A stretch of DNA of 64,000 nucleotides. Source: the human T2T-CHM13v2.0 reference genome, Homo sapiens. The notes under the pieces are model-generated. The model searched no databases and was not told the origin of the DNA. It saw only the letters and a list, made by a program, of their open reading frames with translations. Within the stretch, counting starts at the first letter, position 1. Each line of letters begins with the position of its first letter. The stretch is from assembly GCF_009914755.1 (NCBI RefSeq), contig NC_060934.1; one strand, 5' to 3'. This document shows positions 15,913-35,239 of this stretch, one piece after another. The translations under genes and the position numbers were made by a program.

Positions 15913-16582
15913 TGTTGATAAAAAGAGTCAGACTCTGTAACATTTGAAGAGATTTATTCTGAGCCAAATATGAGTGGCCAAGGGCCCATGACAAAGGCTC
16001 AGGGGATCCTGAGAACATGTGCTTAAGGTGACTGGGCTACAACTTGGCTTTATAGATTTGAGAAAGACATAAGACTTCAATCAGTACTTGTAAGATGTAC
16101 AATGGTTTGGTCCAGAAAAGTGGGACAACTGGAAGCTGGGAGTGGGGGTGAGGGCTTCCAGGTCATAGATGGAGTCAAAGATTTTCTTATTGGAAATTGG
16201 CTGAAAGAGTTAAATTACTGTCTGAAGACTTAGAATCAATAAGAAGGGATGTCTGGTTAAGATAAGGGGTTGTGGAGACCAGGGTGTTAGTATGCAAATG
16301 AAGCCTCCAGGTAGCAGGCTTCAGGCTTCAGAAAACTGATTGTAAAGGTTTCTTATTAGACTTAAAGAGTCTGTTCTATCAGTCTTAAGGTCTGTGTTCA
16401 TCTTAATGCTGGTCAGCTGGGTCTGAATTCCAAAAGGGAGGAGGGTATCATGAGGCATGTCTGATTCGCCCTTCCCATCAGGGCCTGAACTAGTTATTCA
16501 GGTTAATTTTGGAATGGCCTTGGCCAAGAGGAGGGGTTCATTCAGATGGCTGAGGGGCTTAGAATTTTATTTTTGGTTTACA
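15913..16582 (-). mobile_element. MER4-family ERV1 solo LTR
   Basis: TG...CA ends, minus-strand start tgtaaaccaaaaataaaattctaag, 4-bp TSD cagg. Confidence 0.88.
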
Positions 16583-17197
16583 CAGGCTTATTATAATCAA
16601 CTTACAGCAATCTTCTCCCTCCCAACCTAGCAAAACACACACACTTGCTTTGCACATACTTTGATCACATCTTCTCCCTCGGGCAGATTTTCATTGTCAT
16701 TTACCCTGATTCACCTGCACTAAGAGGTTCCTTAGGATCCAAACACAGCCTGTGCCAGGCCCTCACTCTCCATGCACTCTGGGCTCCCCCAACTTGCCCC
16801 AGAGAACCCCTCTGTGCTGCACTTCACCATGGAAGCACAAAATCATCCTCACTCTGAATAGCCTCTCTAACCTCATGGCACACTGGTCAGGAAATATGCT
16901 TGAGAATAAGCATTTCATGAAAGTCACCCCAAATCATGACAGAAGCACCAGAAATTACAAGTGCCATAATTGAGTTGAACATCTTTGCGTAATTTTTTTA
17001 ATGTGTGAAAACAAAAAGCCAACCACCCCCACCGAAAAAAACTCCAAAAAACTCTGCTTCCTTTGGGCCATCAATAGAGAAACTGTAGAATTCCTTTTGG
17101 TTAAAATAGACCTAGGAAGATTCAGTTTGACCAACTCCAGTTCAGGGAGGCTCTTCTGCAGCAACATCCTTGTCAGACAAACACAGAGTTTCTATAG

Positions 17198-18876
17198 TGT
17201 GAACCAAAAAGTATCTGAGACAGGTCTCAGTCAATTTAGAAGTTTATTTTGCCAAGGTTATGGATCATGACCTGTGACACAGACTCAAGAGCTCCTGAGA
17301 ACATGTACCCAAGGCGGTTGGGTTACAGCTTGGTTTTATGTGCTTTACAGAGACAGAAGACATTAATCAATACATGGAAGGTATACACTGGTTCGATCCA
17401 GAAAGGCGGGACAACTTGGGGGGTGGGGGCTTACAGGTCATAGGTGGAGTCAAAGATTTTCTGTCTGGAAATTGGTTGAAAGAGTTAAGTTATTGTCTAA
17501 AGACCTGGAATAAACAGAAAGGAGAGGAGTGTTTGGGTTAATATGGGGGTTGTGGAGACAAAAGTTCTTATGTAGATGAAGTCTCATAGTCTCATAGGTG
17601 GCTGCCCCCAAACGCAATAGATGGTCAATGCTTCCTATGCAGACCGTTAAAAGGTGCTAGACTCTCAGCCAATCTCTTCAGTATTAGGAAAAGACCTGGA
17701 AAGGGAAAGGATTCTCTATGGAATGTAAATTTCTCCCAAAAGAAACAGCTTTACAAAGCTATTTCAAAATATGTCAAAGGGATAAAATACTGTGATTTGT
17801 TTTCAGTGCCTGCTATGGACCATATGATGCTACAGTAGAGTCAGGTTGGAATTTGGTATCTTACTGTTCTGTCAGTCTTAGGACCTTTATTTTTTTTTAA
17901 CTTTTATTTTAGGTTCAGGGGTATTACACGTGCAGGTTTATTACGTAGGTAAAACTGTGTGTCACAGGGGTTTGGTGTACAGATCATCACCCAGGTAGGA
18001 AGCGTAGTACCCAATGAGTATTTTTTCTGATCTTTTCTCTCCCCCAAGCCTCCACTCTCAAGTAGGCCCCAGTATCTGTTGTTCCCCTCCTAGTATCCAG
18101 GTGTTCCCATTGTTTAGCTTCCACTTATGCATGAGTACATACGGTATTTGGTTTTCTGTTCCTGCATTAGTTTGCTAAGGATAATGGCCTCCAGCTCTAT
18201 CCATGTTGCTGCAAAGGACATGATCTCGTTCTTTCTCATGTCTGTGTAGTATTCCATAGTGTATATGCACCACATGTTCTTTATCTAGTCTACTACCATT
18301 GATGGGCATTTAGGTTGATTCCATGTCTTGCTATTGAGAATGGTGTTGTGATGAACATATGTGTACATGTGCCCTTATGGCAGAACAATGTATACACGTT
18401 TGGGTCTATAGCCAGTAATGGGATTGCTGGGTCAAATGTTAATTCTGCTTTAAGTTCTTCAAGGAATTGTCACACTGCTTTCCACGATGAACTAATTTAC
18501 ACTCTCACCAACAATGTATAAGCATTTCCTTTTCTCCACAACCTCGCCGGCATCTGTTATTTTCTGACTTTTTAACAGTAGCCATTCTGACTGGTGTGAA
18601 ATGGTATCTCACTGTGGTTTTGACTTGCATTTCTCTAATGATTAGTGATGCTGAGCATTTTTTTACATGCTTGTTGGCCACGTGTATGTCTTCTTTTGAA
18701 AAGTTAATGCTGGTCAGTTGTTTGCCTGAACTCCAAAGGGAGGAGAGTGTAATGAGGCATGCCTGACCCTCCCTTTCCATCATGATCTGAACTAATTTTT
18801 CAGGTTTTGTTGGGTCCCTTGGCTGAGAGGATGTTCCATTCAGTCACTTGGCTTAGAATTTAATCTTTGGTTTACA
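17198..18876 (-). mobile_element. MER4-family ERV1 solo LTR split by an L1 insertion
   Basis: TG...CA ends, 4-bp TSD atag; LTR sequence resumes at ~18705 (taatgctggtcag). Confidence 0.85.
17887..18704 (-). mobile_element. 5'-truncated L1PA/PB 3' end nested in the MER4 LTR
   Basis: T-tail, L1 3' UTR, ORF2 C-terminal remnant ([30 protein letters not shown]). Confidence 0.9.
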
Positions 18877-19527
18877 ATAGAAATATCTCCATCAATGGAG
18901 AGCTTCGTCCAGGCCAGGCAACCCATTCATTAGTCAGTCAGATGTTCAAAAAATCCTCCTTATACTGAATTCAAATCTGTTTCTTTATATCTTCCACCCA
19001 TTGGCCCTAGGACCAATTTGCCTAACAAAGTAGATCAATATGAATTTAAATATGGTTTATTTTTAACTATAAATCCAATCATTAGGCAGAGCAACTTGAA
19101 GTAGAGAGAAAAAATAAACTGATACTTTCAGAATGGACAAGCAAGGAACCTGTGATTAAAATGAGTTCCTACACTTTAGTGGTCTTCCTGTAACCTCTAT
19201 CTTGGAAATTCTTTCATAATCCCTATAAATGTGAGGCTGTCACACAGAACAAGCTGGGAATCAGGCCCAGGAACATGGTCTAAGGAAAGGAGTCAACTGC
19301 TTTGATGGTAACACCTTAATCCTCAGGTAGACCTACCTGGAAAAGCTTATTTAAGAAGAACATTTTAAGTTTTGTTTTTAAAAAGTCCATCTCACACAAT
19401 GAAATTAGAGTGGTACCAGTTGTTATTATAACAGAAAATGTCTAAAACTCTCAGTTTTGTCTTTGCTGCTACTGCAGCTGAACTCCACATGATACTGCAA
19501 ACATATTCCGAAATCATCAATAATTAC

Positions 19528-19626
19528 CTTTTCTTCCGCTAGTCAAAACTCAGTGAGAATCCACCATCTCTTCATGGGCTTCTCCTTCAGTTTTAGAAAG
19601 CAACCAATCTCCAATGTAGCCAGAAT
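19528..19626 (-). other. SVIL: Non-coding (5' UTR) internal exon of the host gene, probably supervillin
   Basis: Minus strand reads ttttctcccccag|ATTCTGGCTACATTGGAG...GCGGAAGAAAAG|gtaatt: polypyrimidine plus CAG acceptor and AAG|GTAATT donor around 99 nt of non-repetitive sequence. Gene name from recalled SVIL 5' UTR sequence and CKS1B pseudogene neighbourhood, not verified. Confidence 0.7.
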
Positions 19627-19924
19627 CTGGGGGAGAAAAGTTTTAAAAAAATCATAGGATGTAATTTCCAAAGCCTAGAAATATATACTTAAATGAAATG
19701 GAATGAATCGGTTTGCATTTAACCTCTGGAAATACCGCACTGCTTCTTACTTTATCAATATTCCTCACTTCCATATGACCAGCACAGTAGGATTTGAAAC
19801 TGACACACAATTTCTAGAATCCTCTAGATTTTTCCTACTTGGTAATTTAAATCATGACTAAAATTGTTTTGATTGAATCCACTTTAACCAGGCTTTGCCA
19901 TTACTTCTTGCAAACAACCACGTG

Positions 19925-20885
<961 letters not shown>

Positions 20886-22248
20886 AGTTACTCCCAGTTT
20901 CAGCAATGGATAGTTCCCTTTCTTGCCCAATAACCGCCCTAGTTCTGGGGTAAGCCATGAGAAACAAGCATTGCAAATAGTTCACACACATATGCAGAAG
21001 CAGCAATGACACTTTCCCCGGTAGAAGGGGAAAGTGTCAATTACGCTTCATTTATCTAGATAAGGGGTAGAAAATCTAATTATAATGGTTGAACAAACTA
21101 TTTTCCCCCAAAGACACATTGAAAATTTCCAAGCTTCTGAATATAAATGAAAAGTGCAGAAATGTCTAATAATGTAGCATTAGCTAATTCAGTTTGTGGA
21201 TGCTTCGAGGCGGTGAGGCAGTGAGCCTGACTGTCTCCCCTCAGGGGATGATTGATGGCTTAGCTCTCTGGAGACGGTTGGTCTGACCAGTGCAACGTCA
21301 GAAGCCAAAGGTCACCATACCTCCCAGGTGATCAGATGCTCCCTAGAGTGTGGCAGGGGCAGCCAAGCATCTGAAGATGCCGTTCAGATCCCACTGGGAT
21401 TTCTGCCTCGTTCCCTGCTTTCTTTGTTATTTAACACCAGGCTCCCTGGGATCGCTATTTGCCCAGCTTGGCAGCAGCAAAAGCCAAGTTCTAATTTTCT
21501 TTTGTTCCTCTCTGTTTCACTTAGCTGGGCTCTTTGCCTTAGTTTGTTTCTTCCTGTTTACAGCAGTGGCAAAAGTCATTTGAGCACTGAAATGCACACA
21601 GAACTGAGCTACAAGTGTGAGGAGCTCTTTTTAAAAAATTGTCTATCTACAAAAATGTCTAGGGTAACACGGCCCAAAAAAACATAAAAAAATCTCTGAA
21701 GTATGGAGATGCTCAGTTGCCCAGTGATCAGGATGTGTATCAGTATGTTTTAATATATTTAAATATGTTTTAAGTATATGTTTTAATACACTTATTATGT
21801 GCTATCAGCTATTAGGAAAGGTAAATGTGAAAACAGAGAAAAATGTTAAGTTTACAATATATATGCAAACATTTATGAGATAAGACTAGTGAAAAGAGCA
21901 GAATTTAAAATTTTACCAAAGTGCTGTTTACAACTTTACCCAGAGCATAATTACATATGGATGAAGATACTGAAATCATAAAAGGCACATATATATACAG
22001 TGCAAATAAACTAAAAGAAGGAGTTGTTGATATTTGCTAAGCTCTAGGAATTATGCAAACAGTGATATAGCTCTTCCCCAACTCAAAATATCCAATTTAG
22101 AATCACAGAATGAGTAGAAGGGACCTTAGCTCAACTTTTTCTTTTCACAGATAAGTAAATTTATGCCAAAAGGAAGTGATTCATCCATGAGTATACAGCT
22201 ACCCACTGGCAGAACTGAGGCTAGAACTGGTATCTCCCCGACTCATGA

Positions 22249-22653
<405 letters not shown>

Positions 22654-24183
22654 TGATGGGCTTGTTCAGGGAAGCACACCTTCAAAATACTAAAATATTT
22701 CCAAATAGCCATTTTTTTGACTTGAGTCCCTCTTAAAAATCCATCATTGTTCAAAGTCAGCCTCTATCCCTAATTCTGTTAGTGACTGTCTCGTACCTCC
22801 CACAGATGTATGTCCACTGCAGAGCAACACTGCAAAACTTTCCCCCAAATACAGAATTTCATGAGGCTAATCAAAATGGCATTAGAGAATTTCCCCAATA
22901 ACAGGTAAAACAATGGCCAGTGGGAGCTGAGCAGTTTGATTAGGAAACAATCACTTCAGAGAAAAATCTAACGTTGGTGACAAGATAGAACTTTCTACAG
23001 TGATTTTAGTATTTAAAAATCTAAACGGCTCCAGAGGAAAATGACCAAGACCTTGAATATCTTTGTAACACTGGTCATCTTTATGCTGTGATGTAAATGT
23101 CAATTGTGATATAAAAAGTACCAAAATGTAGAATCGCCTCATTTTATACAAAAAATTTACTCCTTTCAAAATAATCAACACTTGACTTTCACACTGCTCA
23201 TTCTAAGAGCTAGCCATAGTCACAATGATCACCTAAATTTTGATAAATGTATGCTAAAATAACTTATTTTCATAGTTTTCAGTTAATTTTTTTCATGATA
23301 AAGTCCCAAAGCTTTTTTTCATTATATGAAATGTTGGTCCCCATTTAAGTGGATTGACCTTAAATGGCCTTTTTTCTGGTTCTCATTATCCTTGGATAAC
23401 AAGGATCTGCTGTTGAATCTTCAGAAAGAAGTTTTAGAAGTATAAGTCAGTAATATGGAGGCTATTTATATCATTTAGAACCAAGCATACATTTCAGAAG
23501 CAGAACTTCAGATCAGAATATGCAATACTAGAAGGCCCTATGTTTTTATTTCACCTGTCTGTCATAAAAAATAATGAATTTTATATTTTAATTTATATAA
23601 AATAAAAACAAAGATTACAAAATCACAAATGACTACATTTGTCTCAATTCTTTTAAAAAAGGTGAAAGCATAATAATGTATTTATCATCCTGAATTACAT
23701 AATTAAGTTTCCAGTTTTAATATCCTATTTCATTCGAACACAACCCATGAGAACACCTGCATATGGTTGTTAATCATTGCTGATTTGCATATTGTGATTA
23801 GTTCCATCATCTGCAATTATCTGGGGTTCTGTATAATTCATGGTCTGAACTTTACCTGAGAACAATCAAGTTGGCTGATTTTTCTTACGTTCAAATGTTT
23901 TTTATATGAAGATAGTTAATATTCAGGGCTAACATTCATTCGTTCAGATAATGAAAGCTATTCTAGTATCATAAAACGCAAAGCTTCATTTTAGAAGCAT
24001 CAATTATTCAGTGGAACATTTTCTTCTGGAAGAGTAAAAAGACTAAAAGAATATTTTTCCCATTAAATAAAACTGCAATGTTCTATAGTAGAAAGATTTT
24101 TTTTTCTCTTACTTTTCAATCTGTAACAGTATTTGGAGCCTAAATGACCAATAATGAACAATGTAAAGTATGTTGGATAATGA

Positions 24184-24485
<302 letters not shown>

Positions 24486-25567
24486 CCAATAATGAATAAT
24501 TTTTAAAGATTCTTTTCTTGGCGACGCTCCAGCTTCTGTGACCAAAATAATAAATAATTTATGATTTAGTTTGTCCACTAATCCTGTCTCAGAGATCAAG
24601 ACAAAGATTTTTGACTCAGTCTTTCTGCCAAATTTGCTTATCTCTCAAATGAGTGTAAATTTATGGCTCAGGATTAAGACATGACTAATAGTTCCTTCCA
24701 GGTTTCCAAGGACAACAAACCCCCCATCTACCCCGGCCAACAGATGCTGGAGAGCAAAGATTACGGAATCCCTGTAACACTCTGTTATAGGTAGACACTC
24801 GAATTATCTCACCACTGTTGTCTACAAACAAGAAGAAAAATAAGCTCAAATCACCCTTTCAAATAACTGAGCAGCACGCTAAGGAAAACAGATGAGCTGC
24901 TCAGCTCTGGTCCCCTTCCTGGAATGAAATTAGCACCCATCTGGAAGTTGGATCAGCCAATAAGCAACTGGAAACACAGGAAACAGGGGAATCCCTGCCG
25001 CAGCTCACTCAGCTAAGACACTGTCAACCTCAGTGAAGAACCTCAGTTGCTTTACAGCTACAAAAAGAAGGTTCTCATGCCAGAAACCTTCGTCAAATCA
25101 TAGAAAACAAAGAATCGTGAACTTGGTTTCTTGTTTTTGGCATTCTGGCTTACAAGTAGAAGCAAGTAGAGGTTCGTCAACATGAAAACTGCCTTTTAAA
25201 GGAAATGCATTACTAGACTCACTAACAACCATATGAGACGATGTGATTTTCATGACAAAGCCGATGAACTCTCCCTGGTTCTGCTCAGCAGAAGGACGGA
25301 GACAGAACATTCCACCCCGTATGAGCAGGTGAGCTCAGGAATCCCATTGCATTCAGCCACTTCCTAACTTGGGCAAGTTTAATCTCTCAAAACCTCTTTC
25401 CTCTTCTGGAAAATAAGCACAGGAACAAACTCATAAGAGCCTGCAATGAGATCATCAGTGTCAAGCACTCATTATAGTGCTTGGCATACACCAAATGTTC
25501 AGGAGAGATCTGTGATGATTATTTTTCCTGCTACACACGGAATACAATAACATTCTACTTTCTCTGA

Positions 25568-25828
<261 letters not shown>

Positions 25829-25917
25829 TAAAATTCTTTTTCCTAACAACTACTCCCAAATAGCTATGACCCATATGGTTTTTGTCTCATGGTCACTGAC
25901 GCTGACATAGTCCTTAA

Positions 25918-26045
25918 CCATATATGCCTAGTGTTCCATTATTGGAACGCTAAGCTTGTGGGAGTTATTTATATCCCACCCCTCAAGGTCATCGCCAAGG
26001 TCCGATTTTTCACACAAAAAGACTGCAACCTCAGGCATAAATGGG
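25918..26045 (+). mobile_element. MER85 piggyBac MITE (PGBD3-related)
   Basis: TTAA at 25914-25917 and 26046-26049; TIRs ccatatatgcct / aggcataaatggg; palindrome GTTCCATTATTGGAAC at 25933-25948. Confidence 0.9.
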
Positions 26046-26054
26046 TTAATGGCA

Positions 26055-26240
26055 GGCACTCCGAGTGTTTTCCATATGTTAACTCACCTAACCCTCATCA
26101 TAATCCTGTGAGGTAAGAACTGTCTTCATCCTCATTTTACAGATCAGGAAACTGAGACTCAGAACAGCTAACCAACTTGCCCAGGTGTTAGAGACAAGTC
26201 AGGATTCAAACCAGGCAGGGTGGCCCGAATCCATAATTCT
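26055..26240 (-). mobile_element. MIR
   Basis: cattttacagatcaggaaactgagactcaga core. Confidence 0.8.
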
Positions 26241-26893
26241 CAAGCATGACACTATAGGACCTCTGTTTTGTGTATTTATTTGGGGATGGGGGGTGGGGGA
26301 GAGGAGCAAAGGCAAGGAGAGAAGAGGAAGGAAAAAAGAAAACAATCTAGAAGGTTTCTCCCTCCTACCCCTTCACAGGCACGCATACATAGAAAAGGTT
26401 GCAGCTATGAAGACATCACCAAATACATTCTCATTGGCTGGTTCTTCAAATAAAAAATTTAAACTTTGCGTTGAAAGGGCAGTAAGTTCCTAGAGATGCC
26501 TGGAAAAATGGGAGAGAATAGATGCCTGAGCACCCAGCAGGACTAAGCTGCCCCTGGAGAGCCAGGTGGGCGCCAGACCTCACTGCACTCCAGAGCCAAG
26601 CCGCTGTGTGCATCACAACTGCACACACACAAGACACCTGCAAGTGCCAGCCCTTTCCTTCTCCCGAAAAAACGTCTTTCAAAGCACCTTCTTAAATAGG
26701 AATGCCTTACTCAAATGTGAGAAAAGCCAGGATACTAATAGCTACTACCAAAACAGTGGAAAAATAATACGTGTTTGGCCTATAAAAGTTCCTTACCCAC
26801 ATTAATCAAATCTTCTTTCTTCATTAGATCATTATCCTCATTTTAGAGGCAAGCCTAAAAAATGGAGTGTTTTGGCCTAAGACATAGTTATTG

Positions 26894-26962
26894 AGATAGA
26901 TAGATAGATACATATATACATACATACATACATACATAGATACATAGATAGATACATAGATA
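26894..26962. repeat. Compound tetranucleotide STR (GATA)n/(CATA)n
   Basis: Direct reading. Confidence 0.95.
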
Positions 26963-27119
26963 AAATTGCAATTCCATCTTCTAGATCCTATGATGGGCTA
27001 AGGAGCCCAGTGTCCTCTCCCATCCCATAGACAGCCCCCCTACCCAGAATTGTAATGAACGAACAAAGTCAGAAGATGTAAACAAAGAAAGGAATAACAA
27101 AAATTGATATTGGCAGGGT

Positions 27120-27386
27120 AGTGCTTTGGGAAGCCGAGGCCGGAGGATTGCTTGAGGTTAGGAGTTTGAAGCAGCCTGGGCAACAGAGCAAGACACTGTG
27201 TCTACCAAAAAAAAAAAAAAAAAAAATCTTTTCTTAAATTAGCCAGGCATGGTAGCACATGCCTATAGTCCAAGCTGAAGCAGGAGGATCACTTGAGCCC
27301 AGGAGTTGGAGGCTGCAGTGAGCTATGATCACACCACTGCACTCCAACCTGGATGACAGAGTACAACCTGTCTCTTAAAAAAATAA
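27120..27386 (+). mobile_element. Alu (J-like)
   Basis: Alu with long central A run; TSD aaattgata. Confidence 0.9.
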
Positions 27387-27405
27387 ATTGATACAGTTAT
27401 TGTGA

Positions 27406-27721
<316 letters not shown>

Positions 27722-28244
27722 CCAAAATACAATTTAACGTTCTCTTAATATAACCAAAGGGGAAAAGGAAAACTAAGGAAGAACTTGGAATTTATAGGAA
27801 AGCTCAAGGTGAGAGATTCATACGCTATAAGCCGTTGGACCTAAACAGCCCGAGGGACAGAATTATAAGGAAACTGTGAATTCCTAAGGAAAGGCAGCTA
27901 GAGGAAGGGAGGGGCCTGAGTTATCTCTCTCTGCAGGGTTGAGCGCTCCTCCATTCTGCATGCCTCGCACAATGCACGGTACTTCTGAGGGCAGAAATTC
28001 GGCAATTCTAGTGAATTGGGGTTCCAGAGCCTTGGAGAACAATTTCTGCTTGAGGTCAAGAGAGACCTCCGGGTCCCAAAGCAATGAAGACAAACTAGGA
28101 ATGAAGATGTGGCACCACCAACACTAGGGCTTCTGCAGCCGGAAGCAGCAGCCACTCCAGAAAGTATGGAATGTACGAGCTGCTTATTTAAAATACTAAT
28201 TGATTCCCAATTAGTAATTTTGAAGGTTGACTCACCTTGACGTC

Positions 28245-30866
<2,622 letters not shown>

Positions 30867-30914
30867 GTCCTCCCATAAGGAAAGATGATCAATTCTTATG
30901 TATCGTTCTAGGGA

Positions 30915-31704
<790 letters not shown>

Positions 31705-32154
31705 CCCTGCTGCATGAGTCATATTACTCCAGGAAAAAAAAAAAAGAAGCAAATTTTGAAGGAAAATAAATCACACATTTTGTATCTAAAAAGAAGTCTA
31801 GGCGCTAGGTATAGACCTTAGGAAGCAGATGCATACAAACAAAGTAACAATTGCTTAAAGTTGTCTTTAAGCTCTTTTCAGAATCAAGATGAATGGAAAA
31901 ACTACACAACTGGTGACTCTGCAGTGAATCTCCCTCCGGCTGTGACTACACCTGTTTCCAGCAAAAAGGAGCCGGCGGGCTGCATAAAGCACCCTCATCG
32001 AATGACACTATAAAACTGTATTTCAGTGTGCTCAGAGACAAATTGGAACAACTGGTCCACAGGCTGGATCTAACTCGGTCCTTGTCTTTGTCTAATAGCT
32101 GAATACATGAACAGATTTTAATAACTGAACTGCTGTTTGGTTGCTCTATGTTAT

Positions 32155-32644
<490 letters not shown>

Positions 32645-33493
32645 TAAAGATAGCTCAGGACACACTGAAGCCATAAAAACTCACAAAGACGTTTTGCTTT
32701 TTCAGTAAGTTCTGCTCAATTCTTTACTGAGTGTTACTGACGAGTTAGGAGGCACTGAAGGTGAAGCCAGATGGAGCCACATCTCCAGCCAAGAGTGTGG
32801 AAGGCCAGTTCAGGCCCAGGCCTCGGGGCACCTGAAGGCACCAGCGGGAGAATGTCTGCTATGCAGTGTCCTCAGGGCATTGATGGGCTGGTAACACAGT
32901 TGGCTACTGAACAGTGATTTGTATTCTAAACTCTCCCTTTCAACAAATGTGGAAGGAACTGTAAAGTGATTTGAAAAGCTTACTCTACACAAATGGGCCC
33001 TGGCTTACCAAGGAAAGGTTTCCAAACTCAGGACAGAATTGGTTTTTTTCTTCAAGAAGTGAAAAAGTAAGAGATGACACACTAGAGAGTAAAAACATAG
33101 ACGAAATAAATGATTTCACCTAAAATAAGGATGGGTTCAAAGTGTAGGCTTCTACAGCAAACGCTTTGCCAAGACAGAAGCTTGGGAGTTGGCTGAAGGT
33201 GCTAGTGGGAATGTTGAGACCCTAACTTTGTTTACATATGATGGAATGCACGTAAAATAAAGATCATCCTAAGTCACGTTCTTCACAGAGCAAGCCCTTT
33301 GATGAACATTTCCCTGCAAACACTCCAACCTACCAGCAGATTCAGAGGACACCCTCTCACCAAGAAGATACATTTACAAAATCTTTCCACCCACTACAGC
33401 CTGAAAATGTCACACAGGAAAAATTTTGGGCACACTGCTCGGTGACTCCCCTCCCATAGCTTATAACACAGAGAAGAAATTCTTACTATTTCC

Positions 33494-33801
<308 letters not shown>

Positions 33802-34921
33802 ACTATTTCCATTCTTTATGTGAGCCAGGAGTTACCTGTGGCACCCCTACCCCCACCTGCAATCACGATTTCAGTCCTCTTGGTTATTTGAGTATTAACA
33901 AAAACAAGCTTGAGAAGCACTGCACCTTAGCCCATCGCTTCAAGGCTCACCTGACTGTTCTCAGAAGGAAGGAGACAAGCTGTAGACCCAGCTGGTAGGG
34001 CCACCTTCCTCTCCACGCTCCAGCCCTGCCGCCTGTGTTTGAGCTGATGCAGGGCTGAAGTGTGCACACAGGTATGGATCATATTTGCGTGTTACAGTGG
34101 ACATGTATGGCTTTTGCCTGCATTATACCCCTCTATTCATCTGGAAATTCTTCCTCTCTCCTTATAACCATACCCCACCCACCCCTCACTGCAAAAATAG
34201 ACCATGCACAGACCCACTCCTCTGTCCACAGCCAAAGAGATTCCTTCCACAAGACCTGATTTAGTAGCACTAGAAGAAAGATGGTCTCTCTTTTTTCTTT
34301 TTGGGTTGAAGCTGGAAAAGCTTCCAGGGGCCACCTCTCAGGCCCCTGTACTCCAAGAGAGAATAAGGCCAATACCCAAAAAAACTCTTGAGTTCCATCT
34401 GCAGGCAGCTTCATCATTGGATTTTCCTATTATTCATGTCAACAAATTCCATGTTTTGCTTAAGCTAGTTTGAGTTTGGGAGAAGAGAGAGATGTATAAC
34501 GCCCAAGTTTCCTCAAGAGACTTAGAGTTGCCTATGATTTCATTCATTGAAATAGGGAAATAAAATAAGGAAGTAACAGGGAAAATTTTAATTTTCCCTA
34601 TTGAAACTGAAAATAGGGAAATAAAAAAAATTGTATCTAGTAATATATCCAGTTACCATTTTCTATTAAAATAGATTCTTCATTTGTGTAGGAAATCATT
34701 CATCACAAATACATATTCATAAAATAGTTACTTATGTTTTGCAGAAAATTATTGCAACTTGACACTTGAAATCTTATAAGTAAATGGTTCAATTATAAGG
34801 CCCCAAGCTATCTTTTGTGGCTGACATTCTAATGTATTTGGAAGACCAAATAAAATGTTTCTAAATGAATAATCTCATGTCAGACAAGATATGGTGGCAT
34901 GTTAAAAAGTAAAGAGCTATA

Positions 34922-35239
<318 letters not shown>

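Noticed and set aside
15913-18876. The two MER4 LTRs as 5' and 3' LTRs of one deleted provirus
   Set aside because: Each has its own distinct 4-bp TSD, they differ in sequence, and I see no PBS or internal ERV sequence between them.
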